A stretch of DNA of 64,000 bases from a virus. Shown here one piece after another: positions 17,175 through 26,932 of this stretch (within the stretch, counting starts at the first letter, position 1; each line of letters starts with the position of its first letter). A model generated the notes under the pieces. The model was not told the DNA's origin. It saw only the letters and a list, made by a program, of their open reading frames with translations, and ran no database searches. The position numbers and the translations under genes were made by a program. The DNA lies in IMG/VR virus record IMGVR_UViG_3300045988_183660; one strand, given 5' to 3'.

Positions 17175-18125
17175 TTGATTATGATGAAATTATCAGAAAT
17201 ATTTGAATCATATGATTTGAATATAATGAAAGATACAAACGGAGACTATTATGTAAAGGATAATGCAGAAAGCTTTCATAGTCTTAAGGCATGGACATAT
17301 GCAGGAAATGACTTGCTTAGTGTAATTGATACAATTCCAGACAGCTTGATTCAATCTGAGATAGATGATATATTTGATGGTTTTTTATCCGGTGAAACAA
17401 TCAGAAACGCACTTAAAGTTAAGGGCGTACCTGAAACAGCAGAAGAGGCTGTGGAATTTCTTGAATTTATAGATGAAAATTCATATGAAAATGTAGAAGG
17501 TAAATTAAATCTGTTAAGAGCAATTGCAGACCCGGAAAAGTATGTAGAAGATGATATTGAGCAGCAGTTTATAACTAAAGAAGATTATGAAAAATATCCT
17601 GATTTTGGTTTTGATTTTACGGATATAGGACAGGGAGTTGGATATAAAGCAGATATATCAGGATATGATTGGAAAGATATACCTGATAATGCGATTCTTT
17701 ATATTTCAGACTGTTATGCCGGAACTTGGGGATGCAGGTATACTAAAGCAGATTTAGAATCATGGGTAAATGAAAGAGTAATGGATAAGGAACATTTTAT
17801 AGATGCTGAAACAATGCTTGATGAGCTGTCAGGGGAAACGCCGGAAGAATTTTTAAATATGCATGATTTTAATTATAAATATGTTAAAAAAGATATCAGT
17901 TTATATTTTAGTGTAGGAGATAAGTTATATTATAACCTTAATGAATTTGATAGTCCGGCTCAGTCACTCCTAGTTACGGTTACTGAAGTAAATGAAGACA
18001 ATATTGTCTGTAAGGACAGTACAGGAACATCATATATGTTTGATGAAGATATGCTTTATTTTCTTACAAATAATCCTATGTATCCGGTTAAAAAGAATCT
18101 CAAAATACATGATATGGAGAGATAG
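17175..18125 (+). CDS. acidic hypothetical protein
   Basis: ORF, D/E-rich. Confidence 0.4.
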   Translation: MIMMKLSEIFESYDLNIMKDTNGDYYVKDNAESFHSLKAWTYAGNDLLSVIDTIPDSLIQSEIDDIFDGFLSGETIRNALKVKGVPETAEEAVEFLEFIDENSYENVEGKLNLLRAIADPEKYVEDDIEQQFITKEDYEKYPDFGFDFTDIGQGVGYKADISGYDWKDIPDNAILYISDCYAGTWGCRYTKADLESWVNERVMDKEHFIDAETMLDELSGETPEEFLNMHDFNYKYVKKDISLYFSVGDKLYYNLNEFDSPAQSLLVTVTEVNEDNIVCKDSTGTSYMFDEDMLYFLTNNPMYPVKKNLKIHDMER

Positions 18126-18315
18126 TAAAAATATACTTTTGAGCCAAAGTGTAAAAAGTAAAAAATAATTATTAATTTAGAAAATAATATAAAGTCTGTT
18201 TTATAGTCTGAATCTTATAGATTATAAAACAGATTTTATTTTTTTATTTCACTTTAATTATAAAAAAGCCTTTTTATAGCAAATGCTGAATAACCAAAAT
18301 GTATTATAAGGATGT

Positions 18316-18385
18316 GGATTTGATTGATTTTGTTTTCAATTTTGAAAACATTAAGAAATCAATCAAATTGGTAACATATTAATAT
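18316..18385. promoter_or_regulatory. palindromic element GATTGATTTTGTTTTCAA/TTGAAAACATT..AATCAATC + CAAATTGGTAACATAT (copy 1)
   Basis: Imperfect inverted repeat. Related copy at 46741-46885. Confidence 0.5.
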
Positions 18386-18425
18386 TGAAAGATACTAAAT
18401 AACACAATAAAAGGAGATTAAAAGT

Positions 18426-19007
18426 ATGTATTTAAAGTTAATTAAGACACCAGTACAGGTAAAATCAGCAGAAAAATCAGCAGAATCAGCAGAAACAAAG
18501 AATAAGGAAATGGAAGCAGCAATCGAAGCTACATTAAATGAACTTAGCACTGATGAGCTTGTAGATTTAATAACATTTCTTGAATCACTTGATTGTGATG
18601 ATGACTGTGATGAATGTGATGGATGTTTAGATGACTGTGATATCTGTGATAAGTGTGATGCAGATAATGTAGATGCATTATATGCAGCATTAGAAGAGCA
18701 GAGACTTTTAGAAGAAAATGAACGTCTTAAGAGAGAACTTGAAGCAGCTAAGAAGCCTGTTGAAATTAAAAAGGTTATCTTCAATGCACCTTATACTACA
18801 ATCATCTGGAATGATGGTTCAAGAACAATTTCAAAGTGGTATGGAAAGGGCTTTAATAAGTTCTCAGGTTTTACAGCATGTGTAGCTAAGAAGTTCTTAG
18901 GTGGTGTGCAGTTTAAGAAGGAACTGGCTAAGTGGTGTAAGGAAGATACAAAGCCTGAAACAGTAGAAGATGAGAATGGTTTATCTGATTACTGGAAAGA
19001 AAATTAA
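18426..19007 (+). CDS. acidic Cys-rich hypothetical protein (DCDDDCDECDGCLDDCDICDKCD)
   Basis: ORF with an RBS (AAGGAG). Confidence 0.4.
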   Translation: MYLKLIKTPVQVKSAEKSAESAETKNKEMEAAIEATLNELSTDELVDLITFLESLDCDDDCDECDGCLDDCDICDKCDADNVDALYAALEEQRLLEENERLKRELEAAKKPVEIKKVIFNAPYTTIIWNDGSRTISKWYGKGFNKFSGFTACVAKKFLGGVQFKKELAKWCKEDTKPETVEDENGLSDYWKEN

Positions 19008-19022
19008 TCTTGGAAGTAGTTT

Positions 19023-19799
19023 ATGAAAATTAAAGCAAATTATTTAATATTAAAAATAACAGCCATTATTACAATGATTATCGGTGATTTAAGTTATTTA
19101 TTAATACATAGATTAAATGATTCTTGGATAATGGTTATGACAGCAATAGGAAATCTGTCATTTCCATTATTTGCTTTTTTGCTTACTGAAACTTTTTTGA
19201 AACAATCTGATAAAAATAATAAGTATAAGAATTATAAGTATAAATTAATTATGCTTTTATTACTTGCCTTTATAAGTGAAATACCATTCAATGTATTTTT
19301 GTCCGGCAGTATTAAATACCCATTAAAAAACAATGTATGTTTTACATTATTTTCAGGATTTTTAATGCTTATATTATTGGATAAAGATTATTATGGTTTC
19401 TTCTTTAATTACTATAAAGATAAAAAGGTCAGATTAGGATTTAAGAAATATAGTAAGAAAAAAAGTAGAAGATTCAATTTCTATGTAAAAACAATAATTA
19501 TAAGTGGATTCATGTTAGGTAATTATCTTATAGCTAATGATTATTCATATACAGGAATATTATTAATAGCTTTATTCTATCTGTTAAGAAATAAAAAGAA
19601 ATTAAGAGCTGTTATACCGATTATAATACTTATTTTATCTGAAGCTAATATTCTTTATATACCGGTACTTATTGATATAGCTTTAATTGCCTTATATGAC
19701 AATAAAAGAATGAATATATCCAAGCCTGTTAAATATGGTTTAAGAATAATATACCCGGTATTTATCAGTATAATGGCAATTTTAAGTTTGATTATATGA
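19023..19799 (+). CDS. polytopic membrane protein (possibly TraX-like)
   Basis: About 7 hydrophobic segments. The TraX assignment is weak. Confidence 0.3.
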   Translation: MKIKANYLILKITAIITMIIGDLSYLLIHRLNDSWIMVMTAIGNLSFPLFAFLLTETFLKQSDKNNKYKNYKYKLIMLLLLAFISEIPFNVFLSGSIKYPLKNNVCFTLFSGFLMLILLDKDYYGFFFNYYKDKKVRLGFKKYSKKKSRRFNFYVKTIIISGFMLGNYLIANDYSYTGILLIALFYLLRNKKKLRAVIPIIILILSEANILYIPVLIDIALIALYDNKRMNISKPVKYGLRIIYPVFISIMAILSLII

Positions 19800-19814
19800 T
19801 AGTTACTAAGTTAA

Positions 19815-20009
19815 ATGGAGAAAAATATGGAGAAAGAATTTTATTCAGTAAAGGAGCTACAGGAAGTCTTTGGCTGTGGCAGAAGTAAAATTTATAAAAT
19901 TATAGGATTAGATGGATTTCCTACTATAAGAATAGGTAAAAATATTTATATACCTATTAAAGAATTTAATGAATGGAAAAACAATCAGCTTAAAGGGGAA
20001 CAGATATGA
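19815..20009 (+). CDS. excisionase-family HTH DNA-binding protein (Xis/AlpA-like)
   Basis: YSVKELQEVFGCGRSKIYKIIGLDGFPTIRIGKNIYIPIKEFNEWK fits the HTH_17 pattern. Confidence 0.5.
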   Translation: MEKNMEKEFYSVKELQEVFGCGRSKIYKIIGLDGFPTIRIGKNIYIPIKEFNEWKNNQLKGEQI

Positions 20010-20332
20010 TTTTAGAAGAATATTGTAAAAGTTTACAGGAGCTTATTGATAAGCATGAAAACATATATACAAGAATAGCACCAACCTTTATATGGCTTTA
20101 TACCATGAACAGTAAGCCTGTAGGAGCAATTGAAGTAATGCCTTTTGGTGGTTCTAAAGGATTATCTTTTATTGATAAAGAAAATGGTGTAATGACCGGT
20201 TGTTGTGTTCCTGTTACATTTCCTTTAAATACTATAAAAGAAGAAAAAATAAAAGAAGTTTTTAAAAAGAAAATAATATCCGTAAATGGTGGAAGCAGAT
20301 TTGGCTTTTTAGAAATATATTTAGAGGATTGA
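20006..20332 (+). CDS. hypothetical protein
   Basis: ORF overlapping the upstream stop. Confidence 0.35.
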   Translation: MILEEYCKSLQELIDKHENIYTRIAPTFIWLYTMNSKPVGAIEVMPFGGSKGLSFIDKENGVMTGCCVPVTFPLNTIKEEKIKEVFKKKIISVNGGSRFGFLEIYLED

Positions 20333-20336
20333 TATT

Positions 20337-20894
20337 ATGGGAAAGTTAATTTCAATAGATGGAAGTACAACTAAAACAGGATATGCAGTATTTGATTTAG
20401 AAAATAAAATTTTAGAACAACATACTGTAATAGTACCTGAAAATATAAAAAAGTCTCTTTCTAAAAAAGATAAAAAAGGATTAACAAAAGCTCAATTAAA
20501 AAATAAGCAGAAACAGATAAAGAAAGAGAATATTGATTATCGTATATCTGAAATGATTAAGGAACTGGATAAGATATTTAATGAATATCATCCGGAAGTA
20601 ATCATCATGGAAGATACATATGGAAATAAAGATATGTATGCATATAAAAAACTATGTCATTTACAAGGTCTGGTTCTTAGTTATTGTATAACGAAAAAAG
20701 TAACATTCATATTAAAAGCCCCTCAGAGTTGGCGAAAAGACTTAGGCTTTGAAATTACTGAAAATGGTATGCAGCATACAAGAGAAGATTATAAGTCTAT
20801 GTCAATTAAATACATTAAGGATAAATATGGTATTAATGTTACTGATGATGAAGCTGATGCTATTTGCTTAGGCTTAAGTTTTTTTAATCATTAG
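20337..20894 (+). CDS. possible RuvC-like Holliday junction resolvase
   Basis: ISIDGSTTKTGYAVFD at the N-terminus, EDTY mid-protein, DEADAICLGLSFFNH at the C-terminus (RuvC-like acidic tetrad). Confidence 0.4.
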   Translation: MGKLISIDGSTTKTGYAVFDLENKILEQHTVIVPENIKKSLSKKDKKGLTKAQLKNKQKQIKKENIDYRISEMIKELDKIFNEYHPEVIIMEDTYGNKDMYAYKKLCHLQGLVLSYCITKKVTFILKAPQSWRKDLGFEITENGMQHTREDYKSMSIKYIKDKYGINVTDDEADAICLGLSFFNH

Positions 20895-21018
20895 ATAATA
20901 ATACCAATTTTAGTCAAGTATAACTTGATTAGAATTAGACTTATATACATTTATTCTTAATTTACTATTAGATTACATGATAAAAAAAGGAAACTAATTA
21001 TAATCAAAGGAGTAAAAA

Positions 21019-22281
21019 ATGTTTGGTAAGAAAAAAGAAAAAATAAAAAGCCCTTCAGAGCAGCAGACAGAATCAGTTCTTACTGAGAATAATGAAATAA
21101 GCACTGAAGTAAAAGAAGAAGTTAAAACAGAGAAAAAGAAAAAAGAAAGACCAATAGACACATCCCAGTTAAGTCTTGAAGAATTAATTGAAAGTATCAA
21201 AGATACATTATTTTCTGAAATCAATGATGAAATCAATGATGATAGTATTACAGATATTGAATGGGATGGAGATGGATTATGGCTTACTCAGTTAGGTAAA
21301 GGATGTTTTTTATCAGATAAGAAATTATCAGATGAATATATAGATAATTTATCTATAAGATTAAGTGACATTATGAAGGAAAACTTTAATCAGGCTAATC
21401 CTGTACTTGAAGCACATACAGAGACACTTCGAATTTCAATTATCCATGAAAGCAGAAGTACCAAAAAGTCAATTACAATACGAAAACTGCCATTAACCAT
21501 AAGATATACACATGAACAGTTAGTAGAAGCAAAAACACTTCCTGAGCCTATTCTTAACTTACTGGAAAATTGTATTATAGCCCATTGCAATGCTGTTATT
21601 GGTGGTAAGCCACATGCAGGTAAAACAGAGTTACTTAAATATCTTACAAGTTTTATTCCGGCAAATGAAAAGGTTATGACACTGGAAGATAATGCGGAAA
21701 TTCATTATAAGCAGTTACATCCAAATAAGAAGAGTACACCATTATATATTGATGAAGCATTTAATTATACGGCAGGTATCAGAGCATGTTTAAGACAGAA
21801 TGCGGACTGGTTATTATTATCTGAAGCCCGTGGTAATGAAGTTAGTGAGTTGCTTAATGCGTTAAGTACAGGTCTTTATTGTATGACAACATTACATACA
21901 GATTCAGTAGCAGATATGCCGGACAGATTATTTAATATGTTAAGTGACCAGAATAACAGCCGTTTTATTAATAATGTATATCGTTATGTAAAAGTTGGTC
22001 TTGTTATTTCAGCAGATAAAAAGGAACACAGAGAAGTAGAAGACTTTGGATTCTTTGAGCATGATATTGATGGTACTAACACTTTCATTCCTTTTTATAA
22101 TTCATTTGATGGTATTATTCCACCGGCTTCAGAACTGCCTAAGAGCATTAAAAAAGCATTAACCAAGGCAGGTATTACAGACCCATATAAAAGACCGGAA
22201 ATATATGAATCCGCAGTAGCACAGAAATATATTCCACCGGTAAGTACAGTAAAAACTGAAACAACAGAAGATGCTGTATAA
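21019..22281 (+). CDS. secretion/pilus-assembly ATPase (CpaF/TadA/VirB11 family)
   Basis: GGKPHAGKTELL Walker A, TLEDNAEIH, LLSEARGNE, TTLHTDS His-box. Confidence 0.65.
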   Translation: MFGKKKEKIKSPSEQQTESVLTENNEISTEVKEEVKTEKKKKERPIDTSQLSLEELIESIKDTLFSEINDEINDDSITDIEWDGDGLWLTQLGKGCFLSDKKLSDEYIDNLSIRLSDIMKENFNQANPVLEAHTETLRISIIHESRSTKKSITIRKLPLTIRYTHEQLVEAKTLPEPILNLLENCIIAHCNAVIGGKPHAGKTELLKYLTSFIPANEKVMTLEDNAEIHYKQLHPNKKSTPLYIDEAFNYTAGIRACLRQNADWLLLSEARGNEVSELLNALSTGLYCMTTLHTDSVADMPDRLFNMLSDQNNSRFINNVYRYVKVGLVISADKKEHREVEDFGFFEHDIDGTNTFIPFYNSFDGIIPPASELPKSIKKALTKAGITDPYKRPEIYESAVAQKYIPPVSTVKTETTEDAV

Positions 22282-22341
22282 AGGCTAAAAAAACTTATGT
22301 AAAAAATAAAATGTAATTAAACATTTAGGAAGGGAAAAATA

Positions 22342-23889
22342 ATGGCTGAGAAAAAATATGATAATGATAAAAAAGATAACTTTCTTGAGAAAAAAGTATC
22401 TGAAATGATGAGATATTTTTCATTTAAGCAAATGCAGAAGGATATCTATGATTATGGTTACAGTATATCACCTATAACATATGCATTTGGTATTATAGGC
22501 TGTATGATATTAGTAGCAGTATTTTGTATATTCAGTAAATTAAGTACGGTATATACAATTTTAGAGATAATTTTATTACTTGTATTAGTACCTGTATTTA
22601 TCAGGGCAAAGTTTAAAGGAATGTTTCAGGAACGAAGGTTTAATGAAGTTGATATATACTTGCATCAGATGGCATTTTCATTTCAGAAAAGACCTAAAGT
22701 ACTTACAGCCTTAGAAGATACAGAAAAGGTAAGTACAGGAAAATTAAAAGCAGTCATAAGGAAAGCAATTGTATATTTAAGAGAAACTTCTTCTGCTAAT
22801 GCATATGAAGAAGCTCTTGATATCATATATAAAGCATATCCAAATGACAGAGTAAAGAACTTAAATAAGTTTATGATACAGATTGAAAGACAGGGTGGAA
22901 GTTATGGAACATCCCTTGATATCTTACTTGGTGATATAGATAACTGGGTAAACCGTACATATACAGAACAGGCAACAGTAAAAAGTATTAAAATGAGTAT
23001 TATTATAGGTATGGTTATCAGTTTTATTATAGGTAGTGCAAGTATGGCAGTATCCATGATTATGAATGGTAGTGATGATATGTCAATTATGGGTTCAGGA
23101 AGACTTGAAGATATAGCATTATATCAGATAACAACAGCTATTTTTATAGCAGCTAATATGGTTTTCTTAGCATATGCTTTTACTAAGTATAATTATGACT
23201 GGATAACAAAGTCAGTTGATGAAAAGAGTGTTATGCGTAACTACAAAAATGCAACTGAATTTAATCCTACATTATTCAGAATAAAGAGTATACCACTTTA
23301 TATATTTTTTACCGCTTTAACTCTTTCAATATTCTTTATTAAGGCTATTCCTTATAATAAATATATTGCAGCATTTTTAGGTGTATTTACACTTTATCTT
23401 CTTATAAGCCCATCATTTACAAAAAAGAGTGCTTATAAAGTAACACAGAAAAACATACAGAACTCATTTTCAGAATGGTTAAGAGATATGTCAATTAATT
23501 TACAGAAAGAGCCATTAATTACAGCGGTAACAGACAGTTATGAAAACTGTCCGGTTGCAATTAAACCTGAGCTGGAAGTCTTCATAAGACGTATACAGGA
23601 AACACCGACAGCAGTTGAGCCATACTATGAGTTTTTAGCAAGATTTCATTTAACAGATGTATCAAGTGCCATTCGAAATCTTTATTCATTATCAGATATG
23701 GATGATAAGCGAAAGGAAGAGAATCTTGGACAGCTTACAAAGCGTAATTATGCAATCATTAACAATAATGAATTAAAAGTAATGGATGATGCAACAGCAG
23801 CCATGCGTTTTACTGAATACATGCCAATTTTTATTGCCTGTGGAAAGCTTGCATTTGATATTATCAATCTTTTGGATTGTATGTTATAA
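22342..23889 (+). CDS. polytopic membrane protein, putative pilus platform (GspF/TadB-like)
   Basis: Multiple TM segments. Lies immediately downstream of the ATPase. Confidence 0.35.
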   Translation: MAEKKYDNDKKDNFLEKKVSEMMRYFSFKQMQKDIYDYGYSISPITYAFGIIGCMILVAVFCIFSKLSTVYTILEIILLLVLVPVFIRAKFKGMFQERRFNEVDIYLHQMAFSFQKRPKVLTALEDTEKVSTGKLKAVIRKAIVYLRETSSANAYEEALDIIYKAYPNDRVKNLNKFMIQIERQGGSYGTSLDILLGDIDNWVNRTYTEQATVKSIKMSIIIGMVISFIIGSASMAVSMIMNGSDDMSIMGSGRLEDIALYQITTAIFIAANMVFLAYAFTKYNYDWITKSVDEKSVMRNYKNATEFNPTLFRIKSIPLYIFFTALTLSIFFIKAIPYNKYIAAFLGVFTLYLLISPSFTKKSAYKVTQKNIQNSFSEWLRDMSINLQKEPLITAVTDSYENCPVAIKPELEVFIRRIQETPTAVEPYYEFLARFHLTDVSSAIRNLYSLSDMDDKRKEENLGQLTKRNYAIINNNELKVMDDATAAMRFTEYMPIFIACGKLAFDIINLLDCML

Positions 23890-23964
23890 GAGTAAATAAT
23901 AAGGCTGAAGAATAACTTTAGCCTTATTATTAAAATAAAGGTATAAAAAGGGGAAGTGAAAGAA

Positions 23965-24069
23965 ATGCATAATATAATTGAAGAATATGGAGATTTAATA
24001 TTAGGACTTATAGGAATGATATTACCTATAAGCATTTTCAGTTTTATATTAATGAAGGTTTTAATGTAA
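23965..24069 (+). CDS. 34-aa hydrophobic peptide (possible pilin-like or membrane peptide)
   Basis: GGGAAGTGAAAG RBS. Not in the ORF track because it is under 60 aa. Confidence 0.2.
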   Translation: MHNIIEEYGDLILGLIGMILPISIFSFILMKVLM

Positions 24070-24087
24070 GAAAGAAGGCGAAAAGTT

Positions 24088-24225
24088 ATGGATAATTTTT
24101 TTGATACATATGCAGATTCAATAAAAGGATTTATAGGTATAGCAGTAGCAGGAGCTATATTAACATCTGTAGGATACTTATATGGACAGACTATAATTAA
24201 TGTTTTTAACGCATTATTAGGTTAA
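24088..24225 (+). CDS. 45-aa hydrophobic peptide (possible pilin-like)
   Basis: RBS GAAGGCG. One TM-like segment. Confidence 0.2.
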   Translation: MDNFFDTYADSIKGFIGIAVAGAILTSVGYLYGQTIINVFNALLG

Positions 24226-24246
24226 AAAGGAAAGGAAAAACAATAT

Positions 24247-24831
24247 ATGAAGACTGTATTAGAAACAAGTTTATATGCAATATTATTAGCAATCATATGT
24301 TTTATAAGTACGGATTTAATCATAATGAATATGAGAGTATCACAGGTTAATGAAGATACAAAATATATAGAAAGTTTCATAGAAGCCTATGGAAAAGGTG
24401 AAACAGATAACGGGCAGGTAATATATGCATGGTATCAGGTTGATGAAAATGGTGATATAGTATATGAAACAAAAAAAGTAAATGAAAAAGATGTAACTGT
24501 ACCTGTAACTGTATTTAAGAGTACAATATCAAATACAGCATATGAAAGTCAGTATAGAACATATTTAAACAATACAGTAAGTGATGCAGGAATAAGAAGT
24601 ACATTATCGACAAAAGGTACACCGGTATTAGATAGTGACCTGTTAGCATCCTTACAGGCAAAATTAAAGAAGAATGGAATAACATTAAATATAAAATATT
24701 TAGATGAAACAAGTAATTATACATATATAGAATATACAGCAAAATATAGATTAGCAGGTGGATTCATTAAATTTAAGAGTAATAAAACATATACAGGAAT
24801 AGCACGATTTATGCCTTTAGGGGGTGAATAA
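24247..24831 (+). CDS. putative minor pilin / TadE-like protein (N-terminal TM)
   Basis: N-terminal hydrophobic helix followed by a beta-rich domain. Confidence 0.3.
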   Translation: MKTVLETSLYAILLAIICFISTDLIIMNMRVSQVNEDTKYIESFIEAYGKGETDNGQVIYAWYQVDENGDIVYETKKVNEKDVTVPVTVFKSTISNTAYESQYRTYLNNTVSDAGIRSTLSTKGTPVLDSDLLASLQAKLKKNGITLNIKYLDETSNYTYIEYTAKYRLAGGFIKFKSNKTYTGIARFMPLGGE

Positions 24832-24834
24832 AAC

Positions 24835-25329
24835 ATGAGAGCAGTATTAACATCCAGTGGGCTTATAGTAAGTATAATGTTAATCATATTTATTCATCTT
24901 ACCGTTATATCTGATAATGTCATTGAAAATGAGACAAGTAATTCACTTGATTCAGCAATGGATTATGCCTATGATAAAATGATGGATAATTATGAAGATA
25001 TAAATTTTGTAGAATATTATAAATCGCCATGTTTCGTATGGTTTGATAATGATGGATATATTGAATATATATCTAAGGATAATAACTATAATGGTACATC
25101 AGGAATATATTATGAAACTGGTGAAGAAGTACTTACAGATGATTTAATGAAGAGATTCTGTGCAGTATTACAAAGCCGTATAAAGAGTTCTAATTCCAAA
25201 ATAACAACGCAGCTTATCTATAGGGATTTTGATACAGGTACAATGCAGATAAGAGTTATAGAAGAGTATTCAACACCGGCTCATGTAACTAAAAGCTGCT
25301 ACTTTGAAAAGACATATAGTTTAATATAA
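24835..25329 (+). CDS. putative minor pilin / TadE-like protein (N-terminal TM)
   Basis: As above. Lies 4 nt after the upstream stop. Confidence 0.3.
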   Translation: MRAVLTSSGLIVSIMLIIFIHLTVISDNVIENETSNSLDSAMDYAYDKMMDNYEDINFVEYYKSPCFVWFDNDGYIEYISKDNNYNGTSGIYYETGEEVLTDDLMKRFCAVLQSRIKSSNSKITTQLIYRDFDTGTMQIRVIEEYSTPAHVTKSCYFEKTYSLI

Positions 25330-25348
25330 TTTGATTTTTCAAAACATA

Positions 25349-25382
25349 AGGCTGTCTGATTATTTCAGGCAGTCTTTTTTTG
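25349..25382 (+). terminator. rho-independent terminator CTGTCTGA-loop-TCAGGCAG + T-run (module copy 1)
   Basis: Stem with one wobble pair. Module repeated at 26650 and 34066. Confidence 0.6.
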
Positions 25383-25654
25383 TCTTAATTATATAAATTA
25401 ATAATGTTAATTATTGTATAATTAATATTAAATCAGAAGTATAAGGATAATTTTGAATATGAAGAATAATATAAATAGAAACACATTGCCGGTCAGAATG
25501 ATATTACCTGTTATATCAGCAGAGAAGAGTGATACTTTTGTAAGACTGGCAAATAAGACAAGATTAAACAAAAATACTTTAAAAAAATGTGCAAATACAT
25601 TGAGTAAGTTCACCTATACAAAATAATATAATGCTGCCAGACAGGAGATAACAG

Positions 25655-26416
25655 ATGAAGGAAATAGAATTGAATGATTTTGCAAAGTATGTAAAAGAAG
25701 AATATAACTGTGATATTGAAATAAAAAAGAGTGATAAGCCTGATACATTTGATAACATTTTCAATGGCAGTTTTGTGAATGATTTGACTTATTATGGAAA
25801 GGAAGGCATAAATATGGATTTATCGGAAAGAGCAAAAATTAAACAGGATATTGTTAGAGAGACAGATTGTAAATCGGCTATATATGAGCCTGTAAAAACC
25901 ATATGTCAAGATAAATATTCAAAATTCTATATGGATAATAATGAATTAATGTTCACTACTACAATTCTTGATGAATTATCAGTGTATAAAATGTCAGGGC
26001 ATCCATATGAGCCGGTAATCATTCTGAATTGTTTATCAGATTCAAATAATTCTTTTCGAATTAATGGTGAGAAGTATTATCCGAATTACAATGACAATAT
26101 CAATGAATGGTTATCTTTTTGCAAATACATAAATAGCAGGATTCTTATAAATAAATATGCAGTTAATTATGATAAATATATTCCTGAACCTAATAAAAAA
26201 GCTGCTATAGAAAAGTCATACGGTTCTTGGTATCTATGCATATCAGACGAACACAATGTATTAGATGTATCCGGTTCATTTTCAAAGAATACAATGGCGT
26301 ATATACTGGCTGATAAGGAACAAAAAATATATTTTCAGAAATATAAATATAATGATATTGAAAAGGAAAAATACCTACATGTACATTTCACAAATTTAGC
26401 TGATATTAAAGATTAA
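25655..26416 (+). CDS. hypothetical protein
   Basis: ORF. Confidence 0.4.
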   Translation: MKEIELNDFAKYVKEEYNCDIEIKKSDKPDTFDNIFNGSFVNDLTYYGKEGINMDLSERAKIKQDIVRETDCKSAIYEPVKTICQDKYSKFYMDNNELMFTTTILDELSVYKMSGHPYEPVIILNCLSDSNNSFRINGEKYYPNYNDNINEWLSFCKYINSRILINKYAVNYDKYIPEPNKKAAIEKSYGSWYLCISDEHNVLDVSGSFSKNTMAYILADKEQKIYFQKYKYNDIEKEKYLHVHFTNLADIKD

Positions 26417-26613
26417 TGTTTACAAAGGAGAAGTTCATGTTAATAGAAAATACAAAGGAATCCAGAGAAATAAGAAATGTTGCAGCAACAATGGCTATTG
26501 AAAATATGTATTTAAGTGAATCATTTGTACAGGAATTAATAAAAGTGGCAAATAGAGAAAAAACATCAGAAGAACTTAGACAGGAAGTAATTAAGAAGTA
26601 CTATAAAGAATAA
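26416..26613 (+). CDS. hypothetical small protein
   Basis: ORF coupled to the upstream gene. Confidence 0.3.
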   Translation: MFTKEKFMLIENTKESREIRNVAATMAIENMYLSESFVQELIKVANREKTSEELRQEVIKKYYKE

Positions 26614-26649
26614 TGTTAAAAATTAAACAGGTTTACAATACACTTTAAG

Positions 26650-26690
26650 GCTGTCTGATTAATTTCAGACAGTCTTTTTTATTTTTATAC
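26650..26690 (+). terminator. rho-independent terminator CTGTCTGATTAATTTCAGACAG + T-run (module copy 2)
   Basis: Perfect 8-bp stem. Confidence 0.7.
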
Positions 26691-26932
26691 CTTGTATACA
26701 GTATACATAAATAATTCAGCACTTATAACTCCAAATTCATAACTAAAAGCAGTCCGGCAGCCAATACCCAACCGGCATCTGAAAAACGAAAGTTTTTCCC
26801 TAAAGGCAGATATATTGATAAAAATATAAAATGTATGATTCAATTATTGTAAAAAGGCTTAATTACATAAACTGCGATAACTATTTACTATAAAATACTA
26901 TAAAATAATATAAAGGAGATTTTTTTTAGAAA

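Noticed and set aside
19023-19799. Confident TraX (pilin acetylase) assignment.
   Set aside because: Only topology and size agree. The characteristic His-containing N-terminal motif is not evident. Kept as a low-confidence membrane protein.
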